Assembly: GCA_963758495.1 (NCBI GenBank)
Contig: CAVWVI010000004.1
Coordinates: 320,001-384,000 of the forward strand
Direction: 5' to 3'
DNA length: 64,000 nucleotides
From: Oligoflexia bacterium
GTDB taxonomy: Bacteria; Bdellovibrionota; UBA1018
Part shown: positions 30,073 to 39,503 of the stretch, one piece after another
Layout: the number at the start of each line of letters is the position of its first letter
How positions within the stretch are numbered: position 1 is the stretch's first letter
The notes under the pieces: model-generated
What the model saw: the letters and a program-made list of their open reading frames with translations, nothing else
Told to the model about the DNA's origin: nothing
Databases searched by the model: none
Program-made: the position numbers and the translations under genes

Positions 30073-31578
30073 TTACAAACCAGCTTGTTTACTGAGTTCA
30101 AAAATCCGATTGAGGACAACTTCTCGGCCCAAAATAGGCAATACCTGTTTGAGCTCAGGTCCATGAGTCTTACCTGTAATCACAGCTCGCATCGGCATAA
30201 AAAGAGATTTTCCTTTTGCACCCGTCACTGCTGATATTTTTCCAGGCAATGCAGCAACGAATGCCACAGAAAGATCCCCAGCTACAGATCTAAGCTCGGA
30301 TATAAGTGCCTCTACAACTTGTTTTGCTTGAGTGCCCTCTAACACCGATTTAGCTTCAGGCTCGAGTGCAGGAATCGAATCCAAAAATAGCTCCGCCGCC
30401 TGAGGTAGTTCACTCAGTAAAGCCACCTCACCTCTTACTGTATCAATCATGCTCTCAAACCATTCCTGAGAACGCCCTACCCGTTTAAATCCAGAACGTT
30501 CAAAAAAGGGTAAAGCACGCTGAGCAATCTCAGCTAAAGGGAGATGTCGAATATAATAAGAATTCATCCACTGTAACTTTTGAATATCAAAAACCGCAGA
30601 AGACTTTTGCAATCCTTCCAAATTAAATGCAGCAATCATCTCTTCGCGAGATAATATTTCAGGATGTCCAGAAACTGGCTTAAGACCTGCTTCAGGCCAC
30701 CATCCAAGTAGGACTAAAAAATTTAATAATGCTTCGGGAAGATATCCTTTTTCAAGATATTCAAAAACGGAAACATCCCCACTTCTCTTAGAAAGCTTTT
30801 GCCGATCTGTGCCTAAAACAAGAGCAATGTGGGCATACTCTGGAGGCTGCCAACCCAATGCTTCAAAAATCATCAACTGTCTTACGGAATTTGAAAGATG
30901 CTCCTCAGCTCGAATGACATGAGACATTTTCATTAAATAATCATCAATTGCACAACAGAAATTGTAGACAGGAAATCCCACTCCTTTAGCAATTTCTTTC
31001 TCATGTTCACTCGGACTTCGAGTGATAAAAAAATCGCCTACCATTCCTTCTTTGAATTCAACTCGCCCACGCACATGATCCTGTAATACATAACTTTTTT
31101 GGGGTGCGCGGAACCTGAGTCCTGCCTTTTTTCCACTATCAACCTTTTTTTGAGCTTCTTCAAACGGGATTCGTGCACAAGTGCCATCATAATGAGGAGT
31201 TCGGCCCAGCTTCATAGCCGCTTCTCTTTTTTGAGTTAAAAGATCATTTGTACAAAAACAATAATAGACCTTGTCTTCAGCTAAAAGCTTTTTGGCGTAA
31301 TGAGCATAAATATCCAACCTCTCAGATTGGCGATAAGGTTCATGGGCTCCTCCAAGGGATGGCCCCTCTTGGTAATCCAAACCTAATCGGTGAATATCCG
31401 AAAGTATCATTTCCTCACTTTCGCGAGTGCTTCGAGCTTGGTCAGTATCCTCGACACGTAAAACGAGAACCCCATCCATTTTTTTTGCATAAAGCCAATT
31501 AAATAAAAGAGTCCGGGCACCACCCACATGGAGATAACCCGTGGGACTTGGAGCAAATCTAACGCGAATCTGTTTCAC
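30073..31578 (-). CDS. gltX: Glutamate--tRNA ligase
   Basis: RVRFAPSPTGYLHVGG, LRVEDTD and KLSKR; GTG start. Confidence 0.97.
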   Translation of the reverse strand: MKQIRVRFAPSPTGYLHVGGARTLLFNWLYAKKMDGVLVLRVEDTDQARSTRESEEMILSDIHRLGLDYQEGPSLGGAHEPYRQSERLDIYAHYAKKLLAEDKVYYCFCTNDLLTQKREAAMKLGRTPHYDGTCARIPFEEAQKKVDSGKKAGLRFRAPQKSYVLQDHVRGRVEFKEGMVGDFFITRSPSEHEKEIAKGVGFPVYNFCCAIDDYLMKMSHVIRAEEHLSNSVRQLMIFEALGWQPPEYAHIALVLGTDRQKLSKRSGDVSVFEYLEKGYLPEALLNFLVLLGWWPEAGLKPVSGHPEILSREEMIAAFNLEGLQKSSAVFDIQKLQWMNSYYIRHLPLAEIAQRALPFFERSGFKRVGRSQEWFESMIDTVRGEVALLSELPQAAELFLDSIPALEPEAKSVLEGTQAKQVVEALISELRSVAGDLSVAFVAALPGKISAVTGAKGKSLFMPMRAVITGKTHGPELKQVLPILGREVVLNRIFELSKQAGL

Positions 31579-31610
31579 AGGAACAGACCCCCTTTTTTTA
31601 GCTGTCTGTT

Positions 31611-32093
31611 TTAGGAAGCAAAAATAGTCTGAATTTCTTGTTCAATGACTTCTTCTTTAGCCTTCTTTGCCAAAGAAATTTCTTTTACCAAAAGATGTTT
31701 CGCCTGGTCGAGCATTTTACGCTCCCCAAAAGATAAATCCTTACTATGTCGTAAAAGAAATAAATTCCTAAGAACTTCTGCAATTTCAAATATTGAACCT
31801 GTCTTAATCTTTTCCATGTACTCACGGTATCGACGATTCCAGGTTGTTTGATCAATCTTAACATTTCGTTCTTTCAAAATGTCATAAACTGTACCGACGT
31901 CTTTATTAGATATAATTTCACGAAGACCCACAGATCCTACATTATCGGTAGGAACCATAATCGTCATCTGATTATCAACCACCTGAAGGACGTAGAATTT
32001 CTTCTTCTTTCCCCCAACGTCTTTTTCCTCGATCCGCTTAATAACGGCGAGTCCATGAGCAGGATAAACCGCACTGTCACCGACTTTGAACAT
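31611..32093 (-). CDS. carD: CarD-family transcription regulator
   Basis: FKVGD..VYPAHG and WNRRYRE; SD GGAGGT supports the start at 32093. Confidence 0.92.
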   Translation of the reverse strand: MFKVGDSAVYPAHGLAVIKRIEEKDVGGKKKKFYVLQVVDNQMTIMVPTDNVGSVGLREIISNKDVGTVYDILKERNVKIDQTTWNRRYREYMEKIKTGSIFEIAEVLRNLFLLRHSKDLSFGERKMLDQAKHLLVKEISLAKKAKEEVIEQEIQTIFAS

Positions 32094-32411
32094 GCTGATA
32101 ACCTCCGACAACAACTACTACTACTTCTTCTCTACCAAAAAAGAATACCTAAAGTGAGGCACCTAGCTATTGGGCTAGTTTTTGGAAGGTCAGAATTTTG
32201 ACCCGCGTAAGATTATCATATGAAGTCCCATAAAGTCAATTACAATAATCACCTAACCACTTCACGTAAGTGCCTGAAAATACAGCTTATTATCCATACT
32301 TTATGCAACTTTACTAGAACTTTGAATTTAAGGCAAAAAACCATCCTCATTTTAGATCATTTCAAAACCTGAGTTCTTGATATAGGTCGCTTGACAGATT
32401 AAGTATAAAAA

Positions 32412-33953
32412 ATGATAAACTCCGTTTTAGATAGTAGTCACGTAAGTGAATTACTTGATCTTCTGAATGTTATTATTTGGCTAACTGAAGGCCCCGCTTT
32501 GCGTATTAAGCACATCGGAAAGCAGACCATTACCGCGTTAGGTTATTCATCTCATGAATGGAATCAAGACCCTAACTTTTGGCTCAACCATCTTCATCCA
32601 GAAGAAAAAACGAGCATGTTGGAGCTATTTCGATCTGTAAAAATGGATGGAAAAAATCGCAACTGCATTCACCGCTTCCTGAATTATCACGGTGAATACC
32701 TTTGGTTTTCAACTAGCCTACGTGGGATTGCAAAAATTAAAAAAAATAAAGCACAGATCCACACTGAAGAGTACGAATTACTGGGCATGATGGTCAATAG
32801 TACTGAAAGAATGAAAACTATAGGATTCTTAACTGAGAACGAACCCTTACTCCAAAACTTAATCGAACAGCTCCCTGCCGTGATTTGGACCACCAATCGG
32901 GAATTACAATTTACTTCAAGTTCAGGAGCAGGCTTAGCTAAATTAGGATTGCAACCTAATATGTTAGTAGGACAATCCCTATTTGAATACCTTCGCACCG
33001 ATAACCCAAATCACGAAGTCATTATAAATCTCAAAAAGAGCCTTGAAGAAGACATTTTATGCAAATGGGAATATAATTGGCTAGGGCGAGATTTTCAATT
33101 TTATACAAAACCCTTTCGAGATGTGAATCATACGGTCATAGGGGTACTTAATATCTCACTCGACGTTACTGACCAAAAACAAGCAGAAAAGGAACGGGAT
33201 CGTCTTTTCATTTTAGAACGAGAGGCTCGCACTGCAACTGAAATCGCATTACTTCAAGCTAAAGAAGCATTAAAAATTAGAGATGAATTTCTCTCAATGA
33301 CTTCTCACGAACTACGCACCCCTCTCACTACCATTCAATTGGTTATAGAATATTTACAATCTAGAGCAGCAAATGAAATTCCTCTGCCGCTCACACACCT
33401 CCTCAAAACTGCCGAAACGGAAGTGAATCGACTGTCCCGCTTCGTCAGTGACCTTTTGGATACTTCCAAAATCCGAAATGGAAAACTTGAAATCAATAGG
33501 GATAAAATAGATCTCACTTTTATCACAAATGAGATTGTACAAAGATTTCGCCATAGCATAAAACAATCTGAGACCACTACCCTCATCTTTAATATAACAG
33601 AACCCGTAATTGGATACTGGGACGGCTTTCGTATTGACCAGGTCATCACAAATCTAATCAGTAATGCTATTAAATTTGGAGCAGGAAAGCCTATTAAAAT
33701 CCACATATCCATTCATGAGCAGACCGCAGTATTGAAAGTTACTGATCATGGCATTGGAGTTTCAAAAGAGAATTTTAAAAAAATTTTTAAACAATACCAA
33801 AGAGGCGTTTCATCTAAACAATACAGCGGCCTCGGACTAGGACTCTTTATTGCACAATCTATCGTCAACGCCCATGAGGGTAAAATTCATGTCGAGAGCC
33901 AACCCAATGTAGAAACCACCTTCACTGTTGAACTCCCTCTCAATCATAAGTAG
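32412..33953 (+). CDS. PAS-domain sensor histidine kinase
   Basis: Two PAS-like regions, H-box SHELRTPL, N-box NLISNAIKF, DHGIG and GLGLGL. Confidence 0.93.
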   Translation: MINSVLDSSHVSELLDLLNVIIWLTEGPALRIKHIGKQTITALGYSSHEWNQDPNFWLNHLHPEEKTSMLELFRSVKMDGKNRNCIHRFLNYHGEYLWFSTSLRGIAKIKKNKAQIHTEEYELLGMMVNSTERMKTIGFLTENEPLLQNLIEQLPAVIWTTNRELQFTSSSGAGLAKLGLQPNMLVGQSLFEYLRTDNPNHEVIINLKKSLEEDILCKWEYNWLGRDFQFYTKPFRDVNHTVIGVLNISLDVTDQKQAEKERDRLFILEREARTATEIALLQAKEALKIRDEFLSMTSHELRTPLTTIQLVIEYLQSRAANEIPLPLTHLLKTAETEVNRLSRFVSDLLDTSKIRNGKLEINRDKIDLTFITNEIVQRFRHSIKQSETTTLIFNITEPVIGYWDGFRIDQVITNLISNAIKFGAGKPIKIHISIHEQTAVLKVTDHGIGVSKENFKKIFKQYQRGVSSKQYSGLGLGLFIAQSIVNAHEGKIHVESQPNVETTFTVELPLNHK

Positions 33954-33960
33954 TTGCTTT

Positions 33961-34290
33961 TTAATTGTTGCTAAAAGCCAAAAGCTGACGAGCCAGAACT
34001 GAAGCTTTTTCAATTGATACCTTAATTTGCTCAGCATATTTTTTTGAAAAACTACCTTCAGGCTCGTAATATAGAATAGCTTCATTCTTGAGCATAATTG
34101 TTGTTAAAATATTATTAAAATCATGAGCTATGCCCGCTACCCTTTGCTCGATTGTCTCAGTTTTCTGAGCTTGAATCAATTTCTGCTTACATTCCTGTAG
34201 AGCTGATTCACCTGCTATGAGCTCACGTTTCAAAATAAGACAATACTCATCTGAATCTTCTACAAAAGGTTCATGAAGTGAAATTTCCAT
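33961..34290 (-). CDS. Stand-alone HisKA (DHp) fragment; possibly a truncated hybrid kinase
   Basis: AGIAHDFNNILTTI ... ARQLLAFS, then stop; no HATPase domain. Confidence 0.6.
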   Translation of the reverse strand: MEISLHEPFVEDSDEYCLILKRELIAGESALQECKQKLIQAQKTETIEQRVAGIAHDFNNILTTIMLKNEAILYYEPEGSFSKKYAEQIKVSIEKASVLARQLLAFSNN

Positions 34291-34376
34291 AAATACACCA
34301 TCTATAAGAGAATCAATTTTAGATCAAAAGATAATTCTCTTACTATGAGTTAAGAAATCTTAACTTGCATATTGCC

Positions 34377-35129
34377 TTAACTATGTTCTTTGAGATCTAT
34401 GTGATCACCTAATAGTCTATAATTATTAGGAGGATTGAATTGAATCACTAAGTTAAGGCTTACGAGTTTTTTCCTCAAGTTAAAGAGATGGACGTCTAAT
34501 GCCTTAGAGGATACTTTTGTCTCTCTCCAAACTTCGGATTGAATTCTTTGGCGTGAAATCATTTGACCTCGTGAACGATGAAGTACTGAAAAAATCTGCA
34601 ATTCTCTCGCAGTAAGTTGCGCAAAAATATGATTACCTCTTTTAAGTGCAAGAGTTTCAGGTTCAAACGTAAAGTTTTCGGCCGCTCCATCGATTATGCT
34701 GGAATTATTTTTTTTAAGGTGCCTCTCCGCCTTAACTATAAGTTCTATTTTTTTAAAAGGCTTAGTAAGATAATCAATTGCACCTTCATCAAAACAGGTA
34801 CGTAAAATATCAATATCATCATAAGAAGAGACAATAAGAAAAGGAATAGAAAGAAAACGAGGTATATTTTCACGACCTAAAAATTCCAAAAAGTTCCCAT
34901 CAGGAAGTCTTAAATCAGCAATTAATAACTCCGGCAACGAATAAGTCTCATTCCCTTTTTCAATACTGCTATTAATAAGAGCCAATTGAAGTTCTTCCAA
35001 CGTTGAAAAAACATTCAACTGGTACCGAATATCAAAGATTTCATGATACACAAATATGGTTTCTGGATCATCTTCTAGTATCCAGATGCGACTATCTCCT
35101 TTCACAAATTTCCTCCGATTCAGAGGCAC
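34377..35129 (-). CDS. OmpR-like response regulator
   Basis: LEDD, LIADLRLPDG and DYLTKPF; wHTH LTARE..ALDVHLFNLRKKL. Confidence 0.9.
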   Translation of the reverse strand: MPLNRRKFVKGDSRIWILEDDPETIFVYHEIFDIRYQLNVFSTLEELQLALINSSIEKGNETYSLPELLIADLRLPDGNFLEFLGRENIPRFLSIPFLIVSSYDDIDILRTCFDEGAIDYLTKPFKKIELIVKAERHLKKNNSSIIDGAAENFTFEPETLALKRGNHIFAQLTARELQIFSVLHRSRGQMISRQRIQSEVWRETKVSSKALDVHLFNLRKKLVSLNLVIQFNPPNNYRLLGDHIDLKEHS

Positions 35130-36138
35130 TCAATCTTAAAACTGGAGTTAAAGGAGATTCCGCTTTTAATGTTAACAACAGATGAGTTCCTGGGGACTTT
35201 GTTGATTTCACTAAGGACAACTGTCCACCGTTCAATTCAACTAATCTTTTGGTCAAACGAAGCCCTAATCCTGCCTTTGCTCTATTTACGGAGACTTGGG
35301 GAATTTGAAATACTGTCACTTCATCAAACTTCTCTTGAGACATTCCTGTCCCATTATCACAAATTGAAATTTCAACCCAATCTGAATTTATTGATAATTT
35401 TTCAATTCTAATTTCTGGTTTATCTATTACATTTGAAATCAAGTTATCAACCGCATTTCTATATATATTATCTAATATATGAATAATATCAATTTGAGAT
35501 ACCTTTAACCGAAGAGACTCTAAAGAGGGATCAATTGAAAAACAAATTGAATTAAAATCTAACGCTCTCATTTGAAGCTTCAATAACTTCAAGACATGCT
35601 GATGCGCTTCGATAAAAGAAACAAAAGATGTACTTGCTAAAGGATTTATTAGCCGTGCCCTCAAAGAAATAATCAATTGTATTGCCCGATCATTATTTCT
35701 ATATATTCTAGTTAAATAATCTTTTAACCGAGACGAAGTAAGATTATCCAAAAGCTCGCTCGCACAGAACTGAATCACATGTAAAGGACCGCTTAAGTCA
35801 TGCGCAACAAGAGCAGCTATTTCTCCAATAGCTTGCAAACGAACTTGACTTACTTCCTGTGCTATTATTGTAGATGATTCTTGCCCATTTTGATCGAGTT
35901 GATTTCGCCGCTCCATGCCTCTCATAAAATACAATCGATCTAAATACACTACACGAAAACACAGAAAACAAGTAATAATACCTACAAAACCAATTCTAAA
36001 ACTCAAAGCTGTTGCATTCATATATTGAATTGAAAAAACAACCACAACTACAACAGTAGCGAGATCGGTAGCGACGAACAGAGCCCAACCGCACGGGCTC
36101 AGATATTTCACAAGTCTCTTAAAACCATCCATCATCAC
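35092..36138 (-). CDS. Membrane sensor histidine kinase
   Basis: Two TM segments, AHDLSGPL, NIYRNAVD, DNGTGM and GLGL. Confidence 0.88.
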   Translation of the reverse strand: MMMDGFKRLVKYLSPCGWALFVATDLATVVVVVVFSIQYMNATALSFRIGFVGIITCFLCFRVVYLDRLYFMRGMERRNQLDQNGQESSTIIAQEVSQVRLQAIGEIAALVAHDLSGPLHVIQFCASELLDNLTSSRLKDYLTRIYRNNDRAIQLIISLRARLINPLASTSFVSFIEAHQHVLKLLKLQMRALDFNSICFSIDPSLESLRLKVSQIDIIHILDNIYRNAVDNLISNVIDKPEIRIEKLSINSDWVEISICDNGTGMSQEKFDEVTVFQIPQVSVNRAKAGLGLRLTKRLVELNGGQLSLVKSTKSPGTHLLLTLKAESPLTPVLRLSASESEEICERR

Positions 36139-36330
36139 TATATATTATACTACATAGTAGATCGCTTTAATTAAATTTTCTTATTCACACCTGTAAAATC
36201 AATTCAATCAACTCGCGTCAAATAGGATCCAAATATAACAATAGAGGGCCGAAAAAATTATAACTTAATTATAACATTATTTCATTTAAGATTTCTTAAC
36301 CACCCCTAAAACACCGACTTCTTGAATCAT

Positions 36331-38070
36331 TCAATCCGTCAGACTGTCAAATGGATACTGTCCAATCTCATATGCTTTCGTAGCAATTAACTTCATTGCT
36401 TCATCATCATTCCTACTGATTGCTTTAAAATTACCTCGAATTCTTCGATTCGCGCGCATAAAAAATGCCTCCACAATTCCAAGTTCTATTTCACACTGAG
36501 AAACACCTTTTTTCTCCAGTGCTTGTGTAACCCGAGAAAGTAGACACGCCATAGCGTAAAAATCAATCGCTATATCGGCAACTCTCTTTTGGGCAAACTG
36601 GCGAAGAGCAATGCTTTTGCCATGCCGACGAAGTAGAACTTCGACTTGTGTGGCAAATTCTACCGTGTACTCTTCCAACACTCCAGCCAATTTTTTCAAG
36701 GCAGGATGAGATTTGGTTATAGTCTGACCCACAATATTTTGCTTTATCTTTCGAATTGCAAAATCACTGACAAGACCTATTCCTTTTAAAGGATACTTAA
36801 TTGCTTCCGCAAGTCCTGCAAGCTCCTGTCCGGGTTCCTGCATTCCAGCAAGAGCAATATAGGCACGAAGTATTTCATTAGTGCCCTCGAAAATTCGATT
36901 AATTCGCGCATCGCGAATATAGCGCTGAAAAGGATACTCTTCCATATACCCAGCACCAGCCCAAATCTGAAGAGTTTCATCCGTACACTCCCAAATCATT
37001 TCTGATGAAAAAACTTTTGCAATCGCACTTTCAATCGAGTAATCAACATCCTTTCGATCGATTAAGCCTGTGGTCATGTAGACCATACTCTCAGCCACGT
37101 AAATGTTCATCATCATGCGACCGATTTTTTCTTGAATCATCCCATATTCGCCAATTTTTTTCTGAAACTGAACACGCTCATTTGCATGGTCAATTGCAGC
37201 TTTAAGGGCTTTTTTTGCACCTCCCACACAGCCCGCAGCTAATCCGAGACGGCCATGATTGAGAACCCCCATGGCTACTTTAAATCCCTGCCCCACTCCA
37301 CCGACTACATTTTCAACAGGCACTTTAACTTGATCAAAATGAACTGCATTAGTCCACGAAGCACGAATCCCTAATTTATGTTCAGAAGGCCCTATAGAAA
37401 CCCCATCCGCAGGCAGTTCTAAAATAAAACAAGTTACTTTTTCTTTTTTACTGCCGTGATCTTCGACCTCTGTTTTAGCAAATACGGTCATAAAACTTGC
37501 AATACCCGCATTAGTAATCCAGAGCTTATTTCCTGTGATTAAATAGTATTTTCCATCTGCTGATAAAGTTGCTTTGGTTTTAATTGATGCAGCATCAGAT
37601 CCACTCCCCGGCTCCGTTAAGCAATAACATGCAAACAACTGCCCTGAGGCGAGCCTGGGTAAATACCGCTTTTTCTGTTCGTCTGTCCCAAACAAAAGGA
37701 GTGCCTTATATCCGATACTTTGATGGGCTCCGATAGTTGTTGCAAGTGAACCATCAATTCCACCGAATTCTTGCATAATTCGAGCGTAACCTGATTGAGG
37801 CAAACCCAATCCTTCTAACTCTTCAGGCACCGCTATGCCTAATACTCCAAGTTCTGCAAGGTAAGAGATCATCTCACGTGGCATCTCGCCCTTTTTATCC
37901 CACTCATCCGACTTAACTTGGTCACGCGCAAACTTTTCAACTGAATCAAGAATCATCCGTACATTATCAGTCGTATCTGCATTCATTCGTGGATAAGGAA
38001 ACAGGAGATCCTCTTGAATTTCCCCAAAAAATAAAGACTTCATAAAGCTATTTTGGACTCCAGAACTCAT
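36331..38070 (-). CDS. Acyl-CoA dehydrogenase (very-long-chain/ACAD9-like)
   Basis: AHQSIG, CLTEPGSGSDA, GNKLWITN and RIFEGTNEILR; SD AGGAG supports the start at 38070. Confidence 0.93.
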   Translation of the reverse strand: MSSGVQNSFMKSLFFGEIQEDLLFPYPRMNADTTDNVRMILDSVEKFARDQVKSDEWDKKGEMPREMISYLAELGVLGIAVPEELEGLGLPQSGYARIMQEFGGIDGSLATTIGAHQSIGYKALLLFGTDEQKKRYLPRLASGQLFACYCLTEPGSGSDAASIKTKATLSADGKYYLITGNKLWITNAGIASFMTVFAKTEVEDHGSKKEKVTCFILELPADGVSIGPSEHKLGIRASWTNAVHFDQVKVPVENVVGGVGQGFKVAMGVLNHGRLGLAAGCVGGAKKALKAAIDHANERVQFQKKIGEYGMIQEKIGRMMMNIYVAESMVYMTTGLIDRKDVDYSIESAIAKVFSSEMIWECTDETLQIWAGAGYMEEYPFQRYIRDARINRIFEGTNEILRAYIALAGMQEPGQELAGLAEAIKYPLKGIGLVSDFAIRKIKQNIVGQTITKSHPALKKLAGVLEEYTVEFATQVEVLLRRHGKSIALRQFAQKRVADIAIDFYAMACLLSRVTQALEKKGVSQCEIELGIVEAFFMRANRRIRGNFKAISRNDDEAMKLIATKAYEIGQYPFDSLTD

Positions 38071-38082
38071 ACCGTCTCCTTC

Positions 38083-38112
38083 ATTCCTTTTGATTTCTTT
38101 TGATTCCTTTTG
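38083..38112. repeat. 10-bp tandem repeat (x3) upstream of the acyl-CoA dehydrogenase
   Basis: attccttttg atttcttttg attccttttg. Confidence 0.7.
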
Positions 38113-38179
38113 ATCCATGTCCAGTACTTATCAACAGCCCTAAAGGAACTGCTTACAGTCAAATACTACAATGAGCGAA

Positions 38180-38235
38180 CTCTGACAATTTGTCTTCGTA
38201 ATTTAGCGAACAACGCCTCCTCTGACAATTTGTCA
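38180..38235. promoter_or_regulatory. Paired palindromic sites, candidate bEBP upstream activating sequence
   Basis: ctctgacaatttgtc at 38180 and 38220 (40-bp spacing); core TGACAA-T-TTGTC(A). Confidence 0.6.
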
Positions 38236-38361
38236 AAATAATGAGTAGCCTACGTGAGTAAGTTCACATTACTTTCAAATTCATTCTTACGAACCATTAA
38301 AATCATTCAGATTTTTCTATTAAAGGCAATATCACGTCATCAACAAAAAAATAAATAAATT

Positions 38362-38376
38362 TGGCACTACTCTTGC
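38362..38376 (+). promoter_or_regulatory. Sigma54 (-24/-12) promoter of the T2SS operon
   Basis: TGGCAC-TACTC-TTGC, an exact match to the consensus, upstream of gspC. Confidence 0.75.
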
Positions 38377-38394
38377 GTTATAACAGAGATAGTC

Positions 38395-39492
38395 ATGAAC
38401 GAAGAACGCCCCGAACTCAACAACTCTGATCAGCCGCCTCTTCCAATTTCAAAAACATCGACTTTGGAAGGTTCTCCAAATAAGCTCAATTGGAAAAGCC
38501 AATTCCAAGAACTCAAAACAAAATTAATACAATCCCTCAATAAAGAGCGCTTACAGAAAGCAATCCAAAATTTCGATCCTCAAATGCTAGCAGATTGGGT
38601 ATCCAAAGCAGTCCAAAAACATGGACTCGGATTTTATGGGACGGTCGGCGCAATTGCATTGTCGACGTATTTTATCAGCGACCTCACTGCCTTAGTGGTA
38701 AGTGAATACATTCCCGCACCCAATAACAGCAGAAATACTAGAATGCGAAGTAATTTTCCCCATTTTAAATCTATCAATGACTATTCTAGTATTATTTCAA
38801 GAAATCTTTTTAATAGTCACGGATTAATTCCGGGAGAGGAAGAGAATACAGGTTCACCTAAAGATGCTGATTTAGGTGGTGCGCCTATCAAAACAACCCT
38901 CCCTTTAAATTTGATTGGCACATTAATCATGAGTAATGAACTCCGATCGATTGCTACTCTGGAGGACAAATCAGCATCCTTGGTTTACCCCGTCCAAGTA
39001 AACGATGAAATTCCAGGAAAAGTAAAAATCATTAAAATTGAACCTAAAAAAGTGATTTTCTTAAATAAAGCTTCATCTCGACGTGAATACGTTGAACTTC
39101 CCGATGATTCACAAAATCAAAACCCAAGGCTACTTTTAACAAAATCCAAGGGCGGTATAGAAAAAGTAGCTCCTACCCAGTTTAATGTCTCAAGAACTGA
39201 AGTGGACCGAGCTTTAGCTGATTTCAATAATATTTTAACCCAAGCTCGAGCTGTCCCTAACTTTGAAAATGGCATTGCAGCAGGCTATAAACTTTTTCAA
39301 ATCGTACCAGGCAGTATTTATGACAAATTGGGGCTTCAAAATGGAGATGTAATTACGGGTCTGAATGGACAACCCATGAACGATCCAGGAAAAGCATTTG
39401 AAATGCTCAATGAATTAAAAACGTCCAGTCACCTGGAACTCCAGGTCAAGAAGGACGGTAGACCAATCACTTATACTTATGACATTCACTAG
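38395..39492 (+). CDS. gspC: Type II secretion protein C
   Basis: TM segment, HR domain (LNLIGTL) and PDZ (KLGLQNGDVITGLNG); first gene of the cluster. Confidence 0.88.
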   Translation: MNEERPELNNSDQPPLPISKTSTLEGSPNKLNWKSQFQELKTKLIQSLNKERLQKAIQNFDPQMLADWVSKAVQKHGLGFYGTVGAIALSTYFISDLTALVVSEYIPAPNNSRNTRMRSNFPHFKSINDYSSIISRNLFNSHGLIPGEEENTGSPKDADLGGAPIKTTLPLNLIGTLIMSNELRSIATLEDKSASLVYPVQVNDEIPGKVKIIKIEPKKVIFLNKASSRREYVELPDDSQNQNPRLLLTKSKGGIEKVAPTQFNVSRTEVDRALADFNNILTQARAVPNFENGIAAGYKLFQIVPGSIYDKLGLQNGDVITGLNGQPMNDPGKAFEMLNELKTSSHLELQVKKDGRPITYTYDIH

Positions 39493-39503
39493 CGGGAGTA
39501 AGC

